This document shows, in pieces, positions 26,358 through 39,246 of a DNA stretch of 64,000 bases. Origin of the DNA: Octopus vulgaris (Eukaryota); the NCBI GenBank assembly GCA_951406725.2, contig OX597815.1, positions 4,898,001 to 4,962,000 of the forward strand, written 5' to 3'. The position numbers were made by a program, and so were the translations under genes. Under the pieces are notes generated by a model. The model was not told the DNA's origin and ran no database searches. It saw only the letters and a list, made by a program, of their open reading frames with translations. Position 1 is the first letter of the stretch. Every line of letters starts with the position of its first letter.

Positions 26358-28133
26358 TAATAATAATAAAAAAAAATAATAATAATAATAATAATTATGC
26401 TGATAATTATTATTATTCTTTTACTTGTTTCAGTCATTTGACTGCAGCCATACTGGAGCAGCACCTTTTAGTCAAACATATCGACCTCAGGACTTATTCT
26501 TTGTAAGCCTAGTACTTATTCTATTGGGCCCTTTTGCTGAACTGCTAAGTTATAGGGATGTAAGCGCACTAGTATCGGCTGCTAAGCGGTGTTTGGGGGG
26601 ACAAACACAGGCACCCAAATAAATAAATAAATAAATACATACGTAAGTAAATAAATAAATAAATACATACATACATACATATATATGTTAGGCTCTTTCA
26701 GTTTCCATCTACCAAATCCACTCACAAGGCTTCGGTTGGCCCGACGCTATAGTAGAAGACACTTGCCCAAGGTGCCATGCAGTGGGACTGAACCCGGAAC
26801 CATGTGGTTGGTAAGCAAGCTTCTTACCACACAGTCAAGCCTATGCCTATCATTTAAATTATTATTATTATTATCGAGGCAGTCAAACTGTCCAGCCCAT
26901 GCCAGCAGGGAAAGCAGACGTTAAACAATGATGACGATGATGATGAAGTTTAATACAAAATAAATTAACATGAATGAGTGAAGGTACCATGGGTCAGTAG
27001 TTACAGCATTGGGCTCACAATCATGAGTTAGTAAGTTCGATTCCCAGACCGAGTTGTGTGTTCTGTTCTTGAGCAAGACACTTTATTTCACGTTGCTCCA
27101 GTTCACTCAGTTGTAGAAATGAGTTGCGACATCAGTAGTGCCAAGCTGTATTGGCCCCTTTGCCTTTCCCTTGGATAACATCGGTGGTGTGGAGAGGGGA
27201 AGCTGGACTGCATGGGCGACTGCTGGTCTTCATAAACAACCTTGTCCGGTCTTGTGCCTCGGAGGGTAACTTTCTAGGTGCAAACCCATGGTCATTCATG
27301 ACCGAAGAGGGTCTTTACCCTTTACCGTATTATATATAATGGCATGGAGAGGAGAGGCTAGTATTTATGGGCGACTGCTGACCTTCCATAAACAACCTTG
27401 CCCCACCTTGTGTTTCGGAGAGTAACTTTCTAGGCGCAATTCCATGGTCATTCATGACCCAAGAGGGTCATTACTCTAACTTGAACGAGATCAATAAACC
27501 ATTTCATCAAGAACTAAATTGAAATATTTCAGTGTTAGTTTCTGATGAAATGGTTTATTCATCTTATTCAAATTAATCACAGAATGATTCGCCACACAGA
27601 GGCAATGACCGAGACCTTTGGCATTATGTCGTGCTTGAGAAGACACATAAAGCCAAATAAAATTGCAGTTGTGGCAGATATTGGTGTCAGGCAAATGGCA
27701 CCTGTGCTGGTGGCACATATAAGCAACCATTACACTCTCAGAGTGGTTGGCATTAGGAAGGGCATCCAGCTGTAGAAACCATACCAAATCAGACTGGAGC
27801 CTGGTGCAGCCTTTCAGCTTGCCAGCCCTGGTCAAACCATCCAACCCATGTCAGCATGAAGAACGGATGCTAAATGATGATGATGATGGTGATTGTTCTT
27901 GAACTTTGGAAACAGCTGCAGAGCATCGTCATCCGCATCTTTTAATGTCCGTTTCCTATTCTGGCATGGAGTGGACAGTTTGATAGGAGCTGACCAGCCA
28001 GAGAGCTGCACAAAGCACCACTGTCTTGTTTTGGCCTGGTTCCTGCAGCTCGATACCCTTCCTAATGCCAGCCATTTTACAGAATGTAGTGGGCCCCCTA
28101 AACAAGAATTGAATTCAGAGTAATGACACTTAC

Positions 28134-28250
28134 CTGGGATAAAGAGAATGTCCCCTGGCTCCAAGATACACTCATACCGAGTTGCTTTCAGGAATAATGG
28201 AAACTTCTCCGTGTTTATATTGTCAATATCTAAAACTGTAGATTTGCCAT
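28134..28250 (-). CDS. TYW5: TYW5 exon 6 ([39 protein letters not shown])
   Basis: Acceptor ttttccaag|, donor G|gtaagt, 117 nt. Contains the JmjC L-x-x-GD-x-LFIP motif. Confidence 0.95.
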
Positions 28251-29229
28251 CTTGGAAAAGAAATGGAAATAAATAAATAAATAAAGGAAACAACAACACC
28301 ATGACCACCACTACCAACAACAACAACAATCACCAAGGCGATGGTGGTGATGGTAGAGAAGGATACCACATACACACACACATATCATCATCCTTTAACG
28401 TCCGCTTTCCATGCTAGCATGGGTTGGACGGTTCGACCAGGGTCTGGGAAGCCAGGAGGCTGCCCCAGGCTCCAGTCTGATCTGGCAGTGTTTCTACAGT
28501 TGGATGCTCTTCCTAACGCCAACCACTCCATGAGTGTAGTGGGTGCTTTTTACGTGCCACTGGCACAGGGGCTAGGGGAGGCTGGCAGTGGCCATGTTCG
28601 GATGGTGCTTTTTACATGCCACCGGCACAGAAGCCAGTCAAGGCGGAGCTGGCATAGGCCACGTTCGGATGGTGCTGTTTACATGCCATTGGCACAGGTA
28701 TCACAACTACAATTTCCATTTGATTTTTTGATGTTGACATATATATATAAATACAATGGGCCTCTTTCATTTTCTAGCTACCAAACTAATTTAGGAGGTT
28801 TTCGATGGCCCAGGGCCAGGGTACCATGCACTAGGAATGAACTCGAAGCCAGGCAGTTGAGAAGTGAGCTTCTTAACGCTGCAACCTCTTAATATTCAGG
28901 TGAATCCTGTGTGCTGAGAAAACATAAATCGTTTAAAGAAAGAAAACGTTTTCAAATGACGAACAAACAACAGTGATCAGAAATTCACGTTCGAATCTGC
29001 CAGAAAGTATTAAGAATGAAGAAATACATTCTCGTTTGGATTTCTGCTGATTTGTGTGATTCAAATTGATTATTAAAAATATTTTTATTAAAGAAAAAAA
29101 TATTTTGAATGGCACAACAATGCACTATAACACAAACGATGGACTTTAAGAACTGGTGTAATTTAATCATTCATAATCTGATATATTTCGGAGTATAATA
29201 ATTCCTTCTTGACATTTTTTTTTTCTCTA

Positions 29230-29730
29230 GTTGTAGCTCAGAGCTGCAGCCATGCTGATGCACCGCCGTTTTGTGCTACACTGTTATTACTAAGAGCCTC
29301 CTCTAATATGTGGCACTTGGTGAAGAATGGAGTTTGATATAGCTACCCTCATTTGCACCTCTTGCCGTGAGGTAGGTTCACCTGGGACTCTCGACAGGAA
29401 GAGGTCCAGCTTTGATTTAAAAACCGCTACATCTACTTTGTGCAAGTTCCTCAGACTCTTTGGGAGAATATTAAAAAGCTGTGGGCCCTTGAAACCCAGG
29501 CTGTTGCAGAAACTGGTCCTGAAGTGTGATGGCATTGCTGGGACCTTTGGCACTATGCAGTGTTGTCCCGTTTTGGCATTGGTGTAGCTTTCAATGCCAA
29601 ATTTTGGCACAATTCCTTCCAGGATTTTCCAGATATATATTACTGCATACCTCTCCCGTCTTCTCTCCAGGGAGTAGAGTCTTAGCTGTTTCAACCTTTC
29701 CCAGTAGCTGAGCTGTTGCAAAGAGACGAT
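29230..29730 (-). mobile_element. CR1-group LINE 3' end; inverted sister copy at 34405-34812 (+)
   Basis: LSYWERLKQLRLYSLERRRERYAVIYIWKIL...GPQLFNILPKSLRNL...FKSKLDLFL. Confidence 0.85.
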
Positions 29731-32073
29731 TAGGAATTGATGGAGTAGCTGCGACTCCATCAATTCCTAGGGATATCTGAAGAAGGAATTTTTGCATTCC
29801 GAAATACCATATCAGACTGTGGATGATGAAATTACACCAGTTATTATAGTCCATTGTCTGTATTATGGTGCATTGTTGTACCATTCAAAACATTTTCTTC
29901 TTTACAAACTATACACAGTGCTTCAAGCGAACTACAATACTCTTCCGTATTTTAATATTTCATTTTATTTGCAGTGAAGGAATTATGTTATACAGAGTTA
30001 TTTCCCTTGCATTAAACTTTTATTCCAAAGCAAAAAAACCCCCAAAAATCAACGAGGGATTTTCTAAGTGGTTGTTCGACCTGTTAGAAGTAGCAGCTAA
30101 ATATCTTTACACCACACTCTCAGGCAGGATTCTCTTTTTGACTCTCAGGGCCCCACAATAGATCCAATAAATAAATTACTCCTCAAGCACGGCATGCCTT
30201 TTATGTTCCGCCACCAGCGCAGGATCCAGTCAGGTGGGCTTGGCATATACTCAGTGTTTGAAGGATGAGATAAAAACTATTACCTGGAAACAGGTGAGGG
30301 GTTGGCGACAGGAAGAGCACCCGACCATAGAAAATCTGCCAGAATGAATTTCATTTAACCCATGGAGAAAAGTATGGAAAAGCAAATGTTATAGGCGCAG
30401 GAGTGGCTGTGAGGTAAGTAGCTTGCTAACCAACCACATGGTTCCGGGTTCAGTCCCACTGCGTGGCATCTTGAGCAAGTGTCTTCTACTATAGCCTCGG
30501 GTGAACCAATGCCTTGTGAATGGATTTGGTAGATGGAAACTGAAAGAAGCCCGTCGTATATACGTATATATATATATATATATGTATGTGCGTGTGTGTT
30601 TGTGTGTCTGTGTTTGTCCCCCTAGCATTGCTTGACAACCGATGCTGGTGTGTTTACGTCCCCGTTACTTAGCGGTTCGGCAAAAGAGACCGATAGAATA
30701 AGTACTGGGCTTACAAAGAATAAGTCCCGGGGTCGATTTGCTCGATTAAAGGCGGTGCTCCAGCATGGCCACAGTCAAATGACTGAAACAAGTAAAAGAG
30801 TATATTCTAATACGGATTAAGATATACCTGACAAGCATACAACATCATTATCCTCATTTTAATGTCCACTTTTCCATGCTTGGATGGAATTTGTTGATGC
30901 AGGCTTTCCACAGCTTGATGCTCTTCCCGTGGCTAACCCTCTCTTGTTTCTAAGTTCCCCACAACCAGACCTGCTTTTATAGAAGATTGCCAATGAAGGG
31001 CAACACCTGTATAATGGTGAGACCCATTGACAATAGTCAGGCAGTGTCAAAACAAAAAGACCCTAACACTCACATACACATGTGCCACACACACATATCA
31101 TCATTATCGTTCAAAATCTGCTTTCCATGCTGGCATGGGTTGGACGGTTTGACTGAAAACTAGTAAGCCGGGGCCAGGCTGCACCAGGTTCCGATCTGAC
31201 TTGCCAAGTTTTCTACAACCTGATACCCTTTCTAACACCAACCACTCTGAGAGTGTCGTGGGTGTTTTTTAACATGCCAGGTGCCATTGACCTAACACTG
31301 GCATCGGCCGCAACTATGGTCTCCCTTGGCTTGGCTGGTCTACACAAGCACGGTATATCACCAAAAGTCTTGGTCACCTGTCCACTGCCTCCATGAGGCC
31401 CAATGCTTGGACAGTGCTTTTTACATACCACCAGTATGGGTGCCAGTCAGACGGCACTGGCATTGGTCAATATTTTTACATATATATATAAGAAAAAAGC
31501 AACAAGAATGGTTCAATATTTCGGTACAATTGTTACGAAACAATTGTACCGAAATATTGAACCATTCTTGTTGCTTTTTCTTATTTATAATCACCCCGCA
31601 TTATCTTATGGTTAATACCATAAAGATTTCTGGTGCATCTAAGTTAAGTACCGCATTCATGTGAATTCAACAGAATTCACTTGAATCTTAATTGCTTTTA
31701 CTGTATATATATATATATAATATAGGACAATCAGTAAGTTGTTATAGTAAAACTCAGAGTTTCGGTTATTGGGGGCTGAAGACTGCTCTGGCATCTCATC
31801 AGTTATTAAGACAAAAACACTATGGAAAAAACGCTGAATAAAGGGAAATTACTCCAATAGGCGTGGAGAAAATAAAACTTTGTTAATAGAATCTGTATAT
31901 GCACACATATACATACATGTATGCACACACACATATGTATATATATATACATACATACATATACATACTCACACACGTGTACATATATATACACATATAT
32001 ATATATGTATACACATGTAAACATACACACACACACACACACATATATATATACATGTGGGGACAATCACAGG

Positions 32074-32143
<70 letters not shown>

Positions 32144-32413
32144 GCATATATACGACAAGTTTGTTTTAGTTTCCATCTATTAAATCCATTCATAGGTGTT
32201 TGGTTAGCCTGGGGCTATAGTAGAAGACGCCAACGATGCCAGGCTGTAGGACTGAACCTGGAACAATGTGGCTGAGAAGCCAACTTCTTACCTCACAGCC
32301 ATGCTCAAACCAAACTCAAATCAAAAATATAAATAAAGTAATGAAATCAAAATGAAAAAAACAAAATCCATTCAGTGTTTAAAGCAAGGTAAACGCTGAT
32401 GGAAACTACGCAC

Positions 32414-32501
32414 CTTGGAGGTAAAGGTTGTGAGCATCTTGGGGGCTGAACAGCACAACTCGTTTACGGCCTTTGATTTGCATCAGTATATTATCCATGA
32501 T
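32414..32501 (-). CDS. TYW5: TYW5 exon 5 ([29 protein letters not shown])
   Basis: Acceptor taattag|, donor G|gtgcgt, 88 nt. Matches the JmjC strand [14 protein letters not shown]. Confidence 0.95.
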
Positions 32502-32562
32502 CTAATTAAAAAATAAAAAAAAAAAAAAAGGATATATAAAAAAAGAATATATAAAAAAAAAA

Positions 32563-32985
32563 GGCGCAAGAGTGGCTGTGTGGTAATTAGCTTGCTAACC
32601 AGCCACATGGTTCCGAGTTCAGTCCCACTGCGTAGCACCTTGGGCAAGTGTCTGCAGCTATAGCCCCGGGCCGACCAAAGCCTTGTGAGTGGATTTGGTA
32701 GACGAAAACTAAAAGAAGCCCGTCGTATATATGTATATATATATATATGTATGTATGTGTGTGTATATGTTTGTGTGTCTGTGTTTGTCCCTCTGGCATT
32801 GCTTGACTACTGATGCTGGTGTGTTTATGTCCCCATCACTTAGCGGTTCGGCAAAAGAGCCCGATAGAATAAGTACTGGGCTTACAAAGAATAAGTCCCG
32901 GGGTCGATTTGCTCGACTAAAGGCGGTGCTCCAGCATGGCCGCAGTCAAATGACTGAAACAAGTAAAAGAGTAAAGAGTAAAGAG
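32563..32985 (+). mobile_element. Family-A SINE (GGCGCAGGAGTGGCTGTGTGGTAAG head, internal (TA)n(TG)n, AAGTAAAAGAG tail); representative of ~20 copies
   Basis: Other copies (approx.): 15330-15725(-), 16325-16686(-), 22875-23250(-), 23293-23690(-), 24602-25020(+), 26417-26850(-), 30393-30800(+), 33358-33768(-), 36927-37335(+), 37361-37745(+), 41383-41590(-), 42061-42445(+), 57930-58332(-), 61059-61455(+). Confidence 0.9.
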
Positions 32986-34848
32986 TATAAATTCAAGTAT
33001 ATTAAGGCAGTGCTGCAGCATGGGCCCAGTTTAATGGCTGAGACCAGCAAAAACACAGATGCATCCATGCACACACACACATGTATGTATAAATATGTGT
33101 GTGTGTATATATATATATCATCATCATCATCATTATCGTTTACTGTCTGCTTTCCATGCTGGCATGGGTTGGACGGTTCGACCGGGGTCTGGGAAGCCAG
33201 GAGGCTGCACCAGACTCCAATCTGATCTGGTAGAGTTTCTACAGCTGGATGCCCTTCCTAACGCCAACCACTCCGAGAGTGTAGTGGGTGCTTTTTACGT
33301 GCCACCGGAACAGGGGCCAGTCGGGGGGGGGGGGGACTGGCATCGGCCATGTTATATACTCTTTTACTTGTTTCAGTCATTTGACTGTGGCCATGCTGGA
33401 GCACTGCCATTAGTCGAGCAAATCGACCCCAGGACTTATTCTTTGTAAGCCTAGTACTTGTTCTATCGGTCTCTTTGCCGAACTGCTAAGTTACGGTGAC
33501 GTAAACACACAAGCATCGGTTGTCAAGTGATGTTGGCGGGGGACAAACACAGACACACAAACATATACACACACACATATATATATATATATATACACAT
33601 ATACGACGGGCTTCTTTCAGCTTCCGTCAACCAAATCCACTCATAAGGCTTTGGTCGACCCAAGGCTATAGTAGAAGACACTTGCCCAAGGTGCCATGCC
33701 GTGGGACTGAACCCGGAACCATGTGGTTGGTAAACAAGCTACTTACCACACAGCCACTCCTATGCCTATATATATATCATCATCATCATCATCACCATTT
33801 AATGTCCGTTTTCCATGCTGGCATGGGTTGGACGGTTTGACAGGAGCCGGTAAAGCCAGGAGCCACACCAGACTCCATTGTCTGCTTTGGTATGGTTTCT
33901 ACAGCTGGATGCCCTTCTTTAATGCCCAGCCACTTTACAGAGTGTACTGGGTGCTTAGACGTGGCACTAGCATCAGAGCTTTTTATGAGGCACTAGCACT
34001 GGTGCCTTTTACATGGGACCAGCATCAGAGCCCTTTTTATGTGGTGCCAGCCCTGACAGAGTTATCAAATAACTTACTAAACAAAAAACCTGCTCGGCTG
34101 GGAGGGGAGCTGACTTTGTGCCAGTTGATGAGAGATTAAAGGCACAGGTAAATGGAAACAGGTGCCTTGCTGTAGAGTAGATACATTCTTTTACTCTTTT
34201 ACTTGTTTCAGTCATTTGAATGTGGCCATGCTGGAGCACCAGCTTTAGTGGAACAAATCGACCCCAGGACTTATTTTTTGCAAGCGTAGTACTTATTCTA
34301 GCAGTCGCTTTTGCCAAACTGCTAAGTTACGGTGACGTAAACACACCAGCATTTTATCAATAGTTAAACTCCTCCCCACAATGAAAGTGGGGAACATTTA
34401 TGCGAGAAACCCTGGAAGGACTTGCACCAAACTTTGGCATTGAAAGTCACACAAACAGCAGAACGGGGCACCACTGCATAGTGCCAAAGATCCCAGCATC
34501 CCCATCAAAATACAGGACCAGATCCTGCTACAACTTGGGGTTCAAGGGTCAACAGCTCTTCAATATCCTTCCAAAATGCCTGAGAGACCCGCATGGGGTG
34601 GATGTAGGTGTCTTCAAAACAAAGCTGGATCTCCTCCCGTCAAGAATTCTGGGGGATCCCATGTAATTGTAGGAAACCATAAGGGCAGCAACATAAAACT
34701 CACTCATTCAACAAATGCCACGTATCAGAGGAGGTTTCATGTAATGAAAGTGTAACAAGATTAATGGCAGCGCTCCAGCATGGCTGCAGCTCTTGAGCTG
34801 AGATTAATAAAAGAATAAATGAGTAATACAATTTTATGGATGATCCAG

Positions 34849-35329
34849 TAAACTCTTTCGTTACCAACCTGGCTGAAGCCACCTCTGGTTCTGTAGTACA
34901 AATGTCTTGCTTTCATAAGTTTTGAATTAAAATCTTCCACCAAACCTTAATCACAATCTATGTTCCTAACACTAGCTGAATGATAACTAAGTTATTTTAC
35001 TAAATATTTTGTTATATTTAAAGTAATTGAAAGAAACACAGAGCATCTCAACAGAAATACAGTAACGAAAGGGTTAAAATATATAATAGAGAAACAATTC
35101 TTAACCCTTTTGATATCAACCTGGCTGAAACCACTTCTGGCTCTGTAATACAAATGTTTTGTTTTCATAAGTCTTTAATTAAAATCTTCCACCAAACCTT
35201 AGTCACAATTTATATTCCTAACACTAGCTGAATGATAACCAAGTTGTTTTACTAAATTCTTTGTTATATTTAAAGTAATTGAAAGAAACACAGAGCATCT
35301 CAACAGAAATACAGTAATGAAAGGGTTAA
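34849..35329 (+). mobile_element. Two adjacent 229-bp piggyBac-type MITEs
   Basis: TTAA|CCCTTT...AAAGGG|TTAA at 35101-35329 and a sister copy at 34849-35077. Similar TTAA-bounded relics at ~47190-47482 and 53730-53976. Confidence 0.75.
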
Positions 35330-35911
35330 ACTGGATTTGCTAAAACCTTAAATGATATTTTTAAAAACCTGCAGCATACTCTGATACACTCTGCTGCATG
35401 CTAGTGCACTGTGGTGCAATGTTTTAATAGCTCTGACTTCATCATCATTTAACATCTGTTGTCCACACTGGCATAGGATGGACGGTTTGACCGGGCTGGC
35501 AAGCTGGAAGGCTGCACCAGGAACAAGTCTGATTTGGCCTGGTTTTCTATGGCTGGATGCCCTTCCTAACACCGACTTCGAGAGTGTAATGGATGCTTTT
35601 ACATGCCACTGGTATGGGTACCATTTGCATGACAATGGGGTGCATTTGCCAATTTGTGTGACACCAGTATCTGTCACAACTGCAATTTTGCTTGGGTTGA
35701 TGGGTCGTCTTCTTAAGCACGACATAATGCCAAAGATCTTGGTCATTGCCTCTGTGAGGCGCAACACTTGAAAGGAACTCAACCACTTTGCCTCTGTGAG
35801 GCTCAACACTCAAGAGGAAACTGTGCCTCTGTGAGGCCTAGATGGTAGAAAAGAATTCTAATGAATGGTTACCTCTTACTTACAAAGTTGTTAGGGTCTG
35901 GTCTTACTTAC

Positions 35912-36094
35912 ATCATAGTGGGTCCAGAGTTGGGTTGATTTTGAAGCAATACGGAAGACACTGGAGAAGAAGGATTTGGCAGGAAAAAGATCCGGAATGT
36001 TCAAATCATTTGCTATTTGCGGAAACTGTTCTTCGATGTTTGCAACTGTATTCCGTGGGTCATCTCCTAACGAACGCAGGTAGTATTTCTCCTC
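35912..36094 (-). CDS. TYW5: TYW5 exon 4 ([14 protein letters not shown]...[20 protein letters not shown]), containing the JmjC HxD
   Basis: Acceptor ctcattag|, donor |gtaagt, 183 nt. EKYYLRSLG and FFSSVFRI...QLWTHYD are TYW5 signatures. Confidence 0.96.
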
Positions 36095-36243
36095 CTAATG
36101 AGCAAAAAAAGAAATAAATAAACATAAACCTTTCAAGGTAGTGCCCCAGCATGGCCATTGTCTAATGACTGACACAAATAAAAGTATCTAAATGAATCTC
36201 TTCTTTTTCTTTGAAAAAGGTTATGTCTACTGTTTCAGCCCAT

Positions 36244-36897
36244 GGGTCTTTACCTTTTGACCTACAGATTTAAAAAATAATTATTTGTAACTAAACACTT
36301 TCAAACTTTGGACATTGGTTGAATGTGTCATATAAAACATATTTTAATCTTAGCATTTTTGAGAACAACTTATATTTATGAAGTAATTTCACGTCAAAGT
36401 TGTCCTATTTCGGTAATTTCAACCAATCAATGACGTGTATTCAGCTGAATAAAATTACTGCCGTTGTTTGTCAACAACAACTATCTGCAGTGTATATATC
36501 GGTTGTCACTGTTATTTATGACATCGTTCGTGCATTTGTACTGGTTTTAAGGTTTTAGGGTTAGGGTTTTAAGGTTAGGGGGTTAGGGTTAGGGTGTTAG
36601 GGTTTTAGGGTTTTAGGGTTGTCATAAATAACAGTGACAAACGAAATATACACCGCCGGAAGTTCTTGTTGACAAACAACAGCAATTTTATTCTGCTGAA
36701 TACATGTCATTGATTGGTTGAAATTACCAAAATACGACAAATTTAACATGAAATAGCTTTGTAAATATAAGTTTTTCTCAAAAATGCTAAGAGTAAAACA
36801 TTTTTTATACGACACATTCTACCAGTGTCCAAAGTTTGAAAGTGTTTAGTTACAAAAAATTATTTTTTAAATCTGTCGGTCAAAAGGTAAAGATCCC
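36244..36897. mobile_element. Fold-back DNA element with ~280-bp TIRs and a TTAGGG-rich core
   Basis: GGGTCTTTACCTTTTGACC...TTATTTATGACA is inverted at 36620-36897. Core 36543-36619 is degenerate TTAGGG/TTTTAGGG. Flanks AGCCCAT and AACCCAT. Confidence 0.85.
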
Positions 36898-37790
36898 AAC
36901 CCATTTAAGAAAAAAAATCTTTACACAGGTGTAGTCACGGTTGTTGGGTAAGAAGCTTGCTTTCCAACCATATGGTTCTGGGTTCAGTCCCACTTTGTGG
37001 CACCTTGGGCAAGTGTGTTCTGCAATAGCCTTGGGCTGACCAAAGTCTTGTGAGTAGATTTGGTAGAAGGAAACTGAAGGAAGCCTGTTGTGAGTGTGTG
37101 TATATATAAATGTGTATGTGTGTCTTTGCGTCTGTTTGTCTCCCACCACCACCACTTCAGAACTGATGTTGGTTTGTTTACATCCCTGTAACTTAGCGTT
37201 TCAGCATAAGATATTGATAGAATAAGTACTAGGCTGGAAAAATTGGTACTGTGGACAATTCATTTGACTAGCATTCTTGTAGGTGGTGCCCCATCATGGC
37301 CACAGCCTAATGACTGAAACAAGCAAAATATTAAAGGAATAAAAAAGCAAAAACGAAGTGAGGCGCAGGAGTGGCTGTGTGGTAAGTAGCTTGCTTACGA
37401 ACCACATGGTTCCGGGTTCAGGCCCACTGCGTGGCACCTTGGGTAAGTGTGTGAGTGGATTTGGTAGACGGAAACTGAAAGAAGCTCGTCGTATATATGT
37501 ATATATATATATATATGTGTGTGTGCGTGTTTGTGTGTCTGTGTTTGTCCCCCCAACATCGCTTGACAACCGATGCTGGTGTGTATACGTCCCCGTAACT
37601 TAGCGGTTCAGCAAAAAGAGACTGATAAAATAAGTACTAGGCTTACAAAGAATAAGTCCTGGGGTCGATTTGCTTGACTAAAGGCGGTGCTCCAGCATGG
37701 CCACAGTCAAATGACTGAAACAAGTAAAAGAGTAAAAGAGTAAAGAGAGACGAAGAATTTGAAGGAAAATTATCAAAGAAATTAACTGAC

Positions 37791-37860
37791 CGGACAAATG
37801 AAAAATTCTTCATTGGAATCTTGTGATGCTCGTTTGACCAGTTCTGAGAATGGTAAAATC
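37791..37860 (-). CDS. TYW5: TYW5 exon 3 (ILPFSELVKRASQDSNEEFFICP)
   Basis: Acceptor ccgtgtag|, donor |gtcagt, 70 nt, phases compatible with both neighbours. Matches TLPFDQLVQRAAEEKHKEFF. Confidence 0.92.
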
Positions 37861-38205
37861 CTACACGGAAAAACAACAAGAAGGAATCATCATCGTCATT
37901 ACCGTTTCCATGTTCTTATTTCTTATTTCTTTATTACCCACAAGGGGCTAAACATAGAGGGGACAAACAAGGGTAGACAAAGGGATTAAGTCACTCTCGG
38001 AATGGTTGGCATTAGGAAGGGCATCAAGCTGTAGAAACACTGCCAGATCAGATTGGAGCCTGGTGCAACCACTTGGCTTCCAGGCCTCAGTCAAACCGTC
38101 CAACCCATGCCAGCGTGGAAAACGGACATTAAAGGATGATGATGGAAAAGTGGTCTTAAAAAATAAATGATGATGATGATAAGGGTGATAAAAGTAGAAA
38201 CTTAC

Positions 38206-38360
38206 CGATAGAGAAAATTTTTATTTAGAAAATCCATCTGTGGGATTTCTGAGACATGAGTGGTAACCTTTTTGTCTCCAGCCTGTGATACCAAATACTC
38301 TACGGTCCATTTGCTCGTGCAGGATCCAAGGTCGAATCCTCTAAGCACAACTGGAACTCG
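38206..38360 (-). CDS. TYW5: TYW5 exon 2 (RVPVVLRGFDLGSCTSKWTVEYL...QMDFLNKNFLYR)
   Basis: Acceptor aacag|, donor |gtaag, 155 nt. Closely matches the TYW5 segment [23 protein letters not shown]...QMDFISKNFVYR. Confidence 0.95.
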
Positions 38361-38919
38361 CTGTTGTTAAAGAAAAGAATGGTAGGTGAAGATTTCGTCT
38401 AAACAGGGTGTTTGTGAAAGAGCAAAGCGGAAGGGTCCTGGAACTACAATAAAAGTTCAGTTCCTAGACGACATGGCTTAAGGCAGAGGCATGACTGGTT
38501 CAGAAGTTTTGGGATATGAATGTGGTTTCAGGTTCGGTTCCACGTCACAGCCACTTGGATAAGATGATCAAATCTTTAAAAGAATTTGGTAAACAGAAAC
38601 TGTGAGGAAGCCTATCATTTGATTGCTTTAAATAATTTCTTTAAATTTTTAACTCCAAGCTTTCAGGCTTCTCTGAGTTAAAGGGGCCCTCCCAGCAGCT
38701 AGGGCCTGCTGGGCCATGGGTCTTACATAACTCTGGTCCCGTCGTCTGTTTTAGGATACAAACTTCCTGCGTTTAAGTGATTTTATTTAGAACTTATCAA
38801 AATTTCATGTTCGTTTATGATCCAAACACTAGCTTAATTATAGTTTTAAATTTTGGTGCAAAGTCAGCAATTTCAGGAAGGGCGTAAATCATTTACATCA
38901 CCCTCAGTGCTCAGTGCCC

Positions 38920-39213
38920 ATGGGCTACTAACCCCAAGATTCTGAGTTTGATTCTAGGCGGTGACCTGAATAATAATAATAAATAATAATAACATCGGAA
39001 AAAATACCTAAGGAATGAGAACCCAGGTCCAAAATTTCCCCAGGCGTAGGAGTGGCTGCGTCGTAAGTAGCTTGCTTACGAACCACATGGTTCCGGGTTC
39101 AGTCCCACTGCGTGGCACCTTGGGCAAGTGTCTTCTACTATCGCCTCAGGCCGACCAAAGCCTTGTGAGTAGATTTGGTAGACAGAAACTGAAAGAAGTC
39201 CATCGTATATATG

Positions 39214-39246
<33 letters not shown>

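Noticed and set aside
36543-36619. True telomere or chromosome-fusion scar
   Set aside because: Short, degenerate, single-orientation, and enclosed by transposon-like inverted arms inside an intron.
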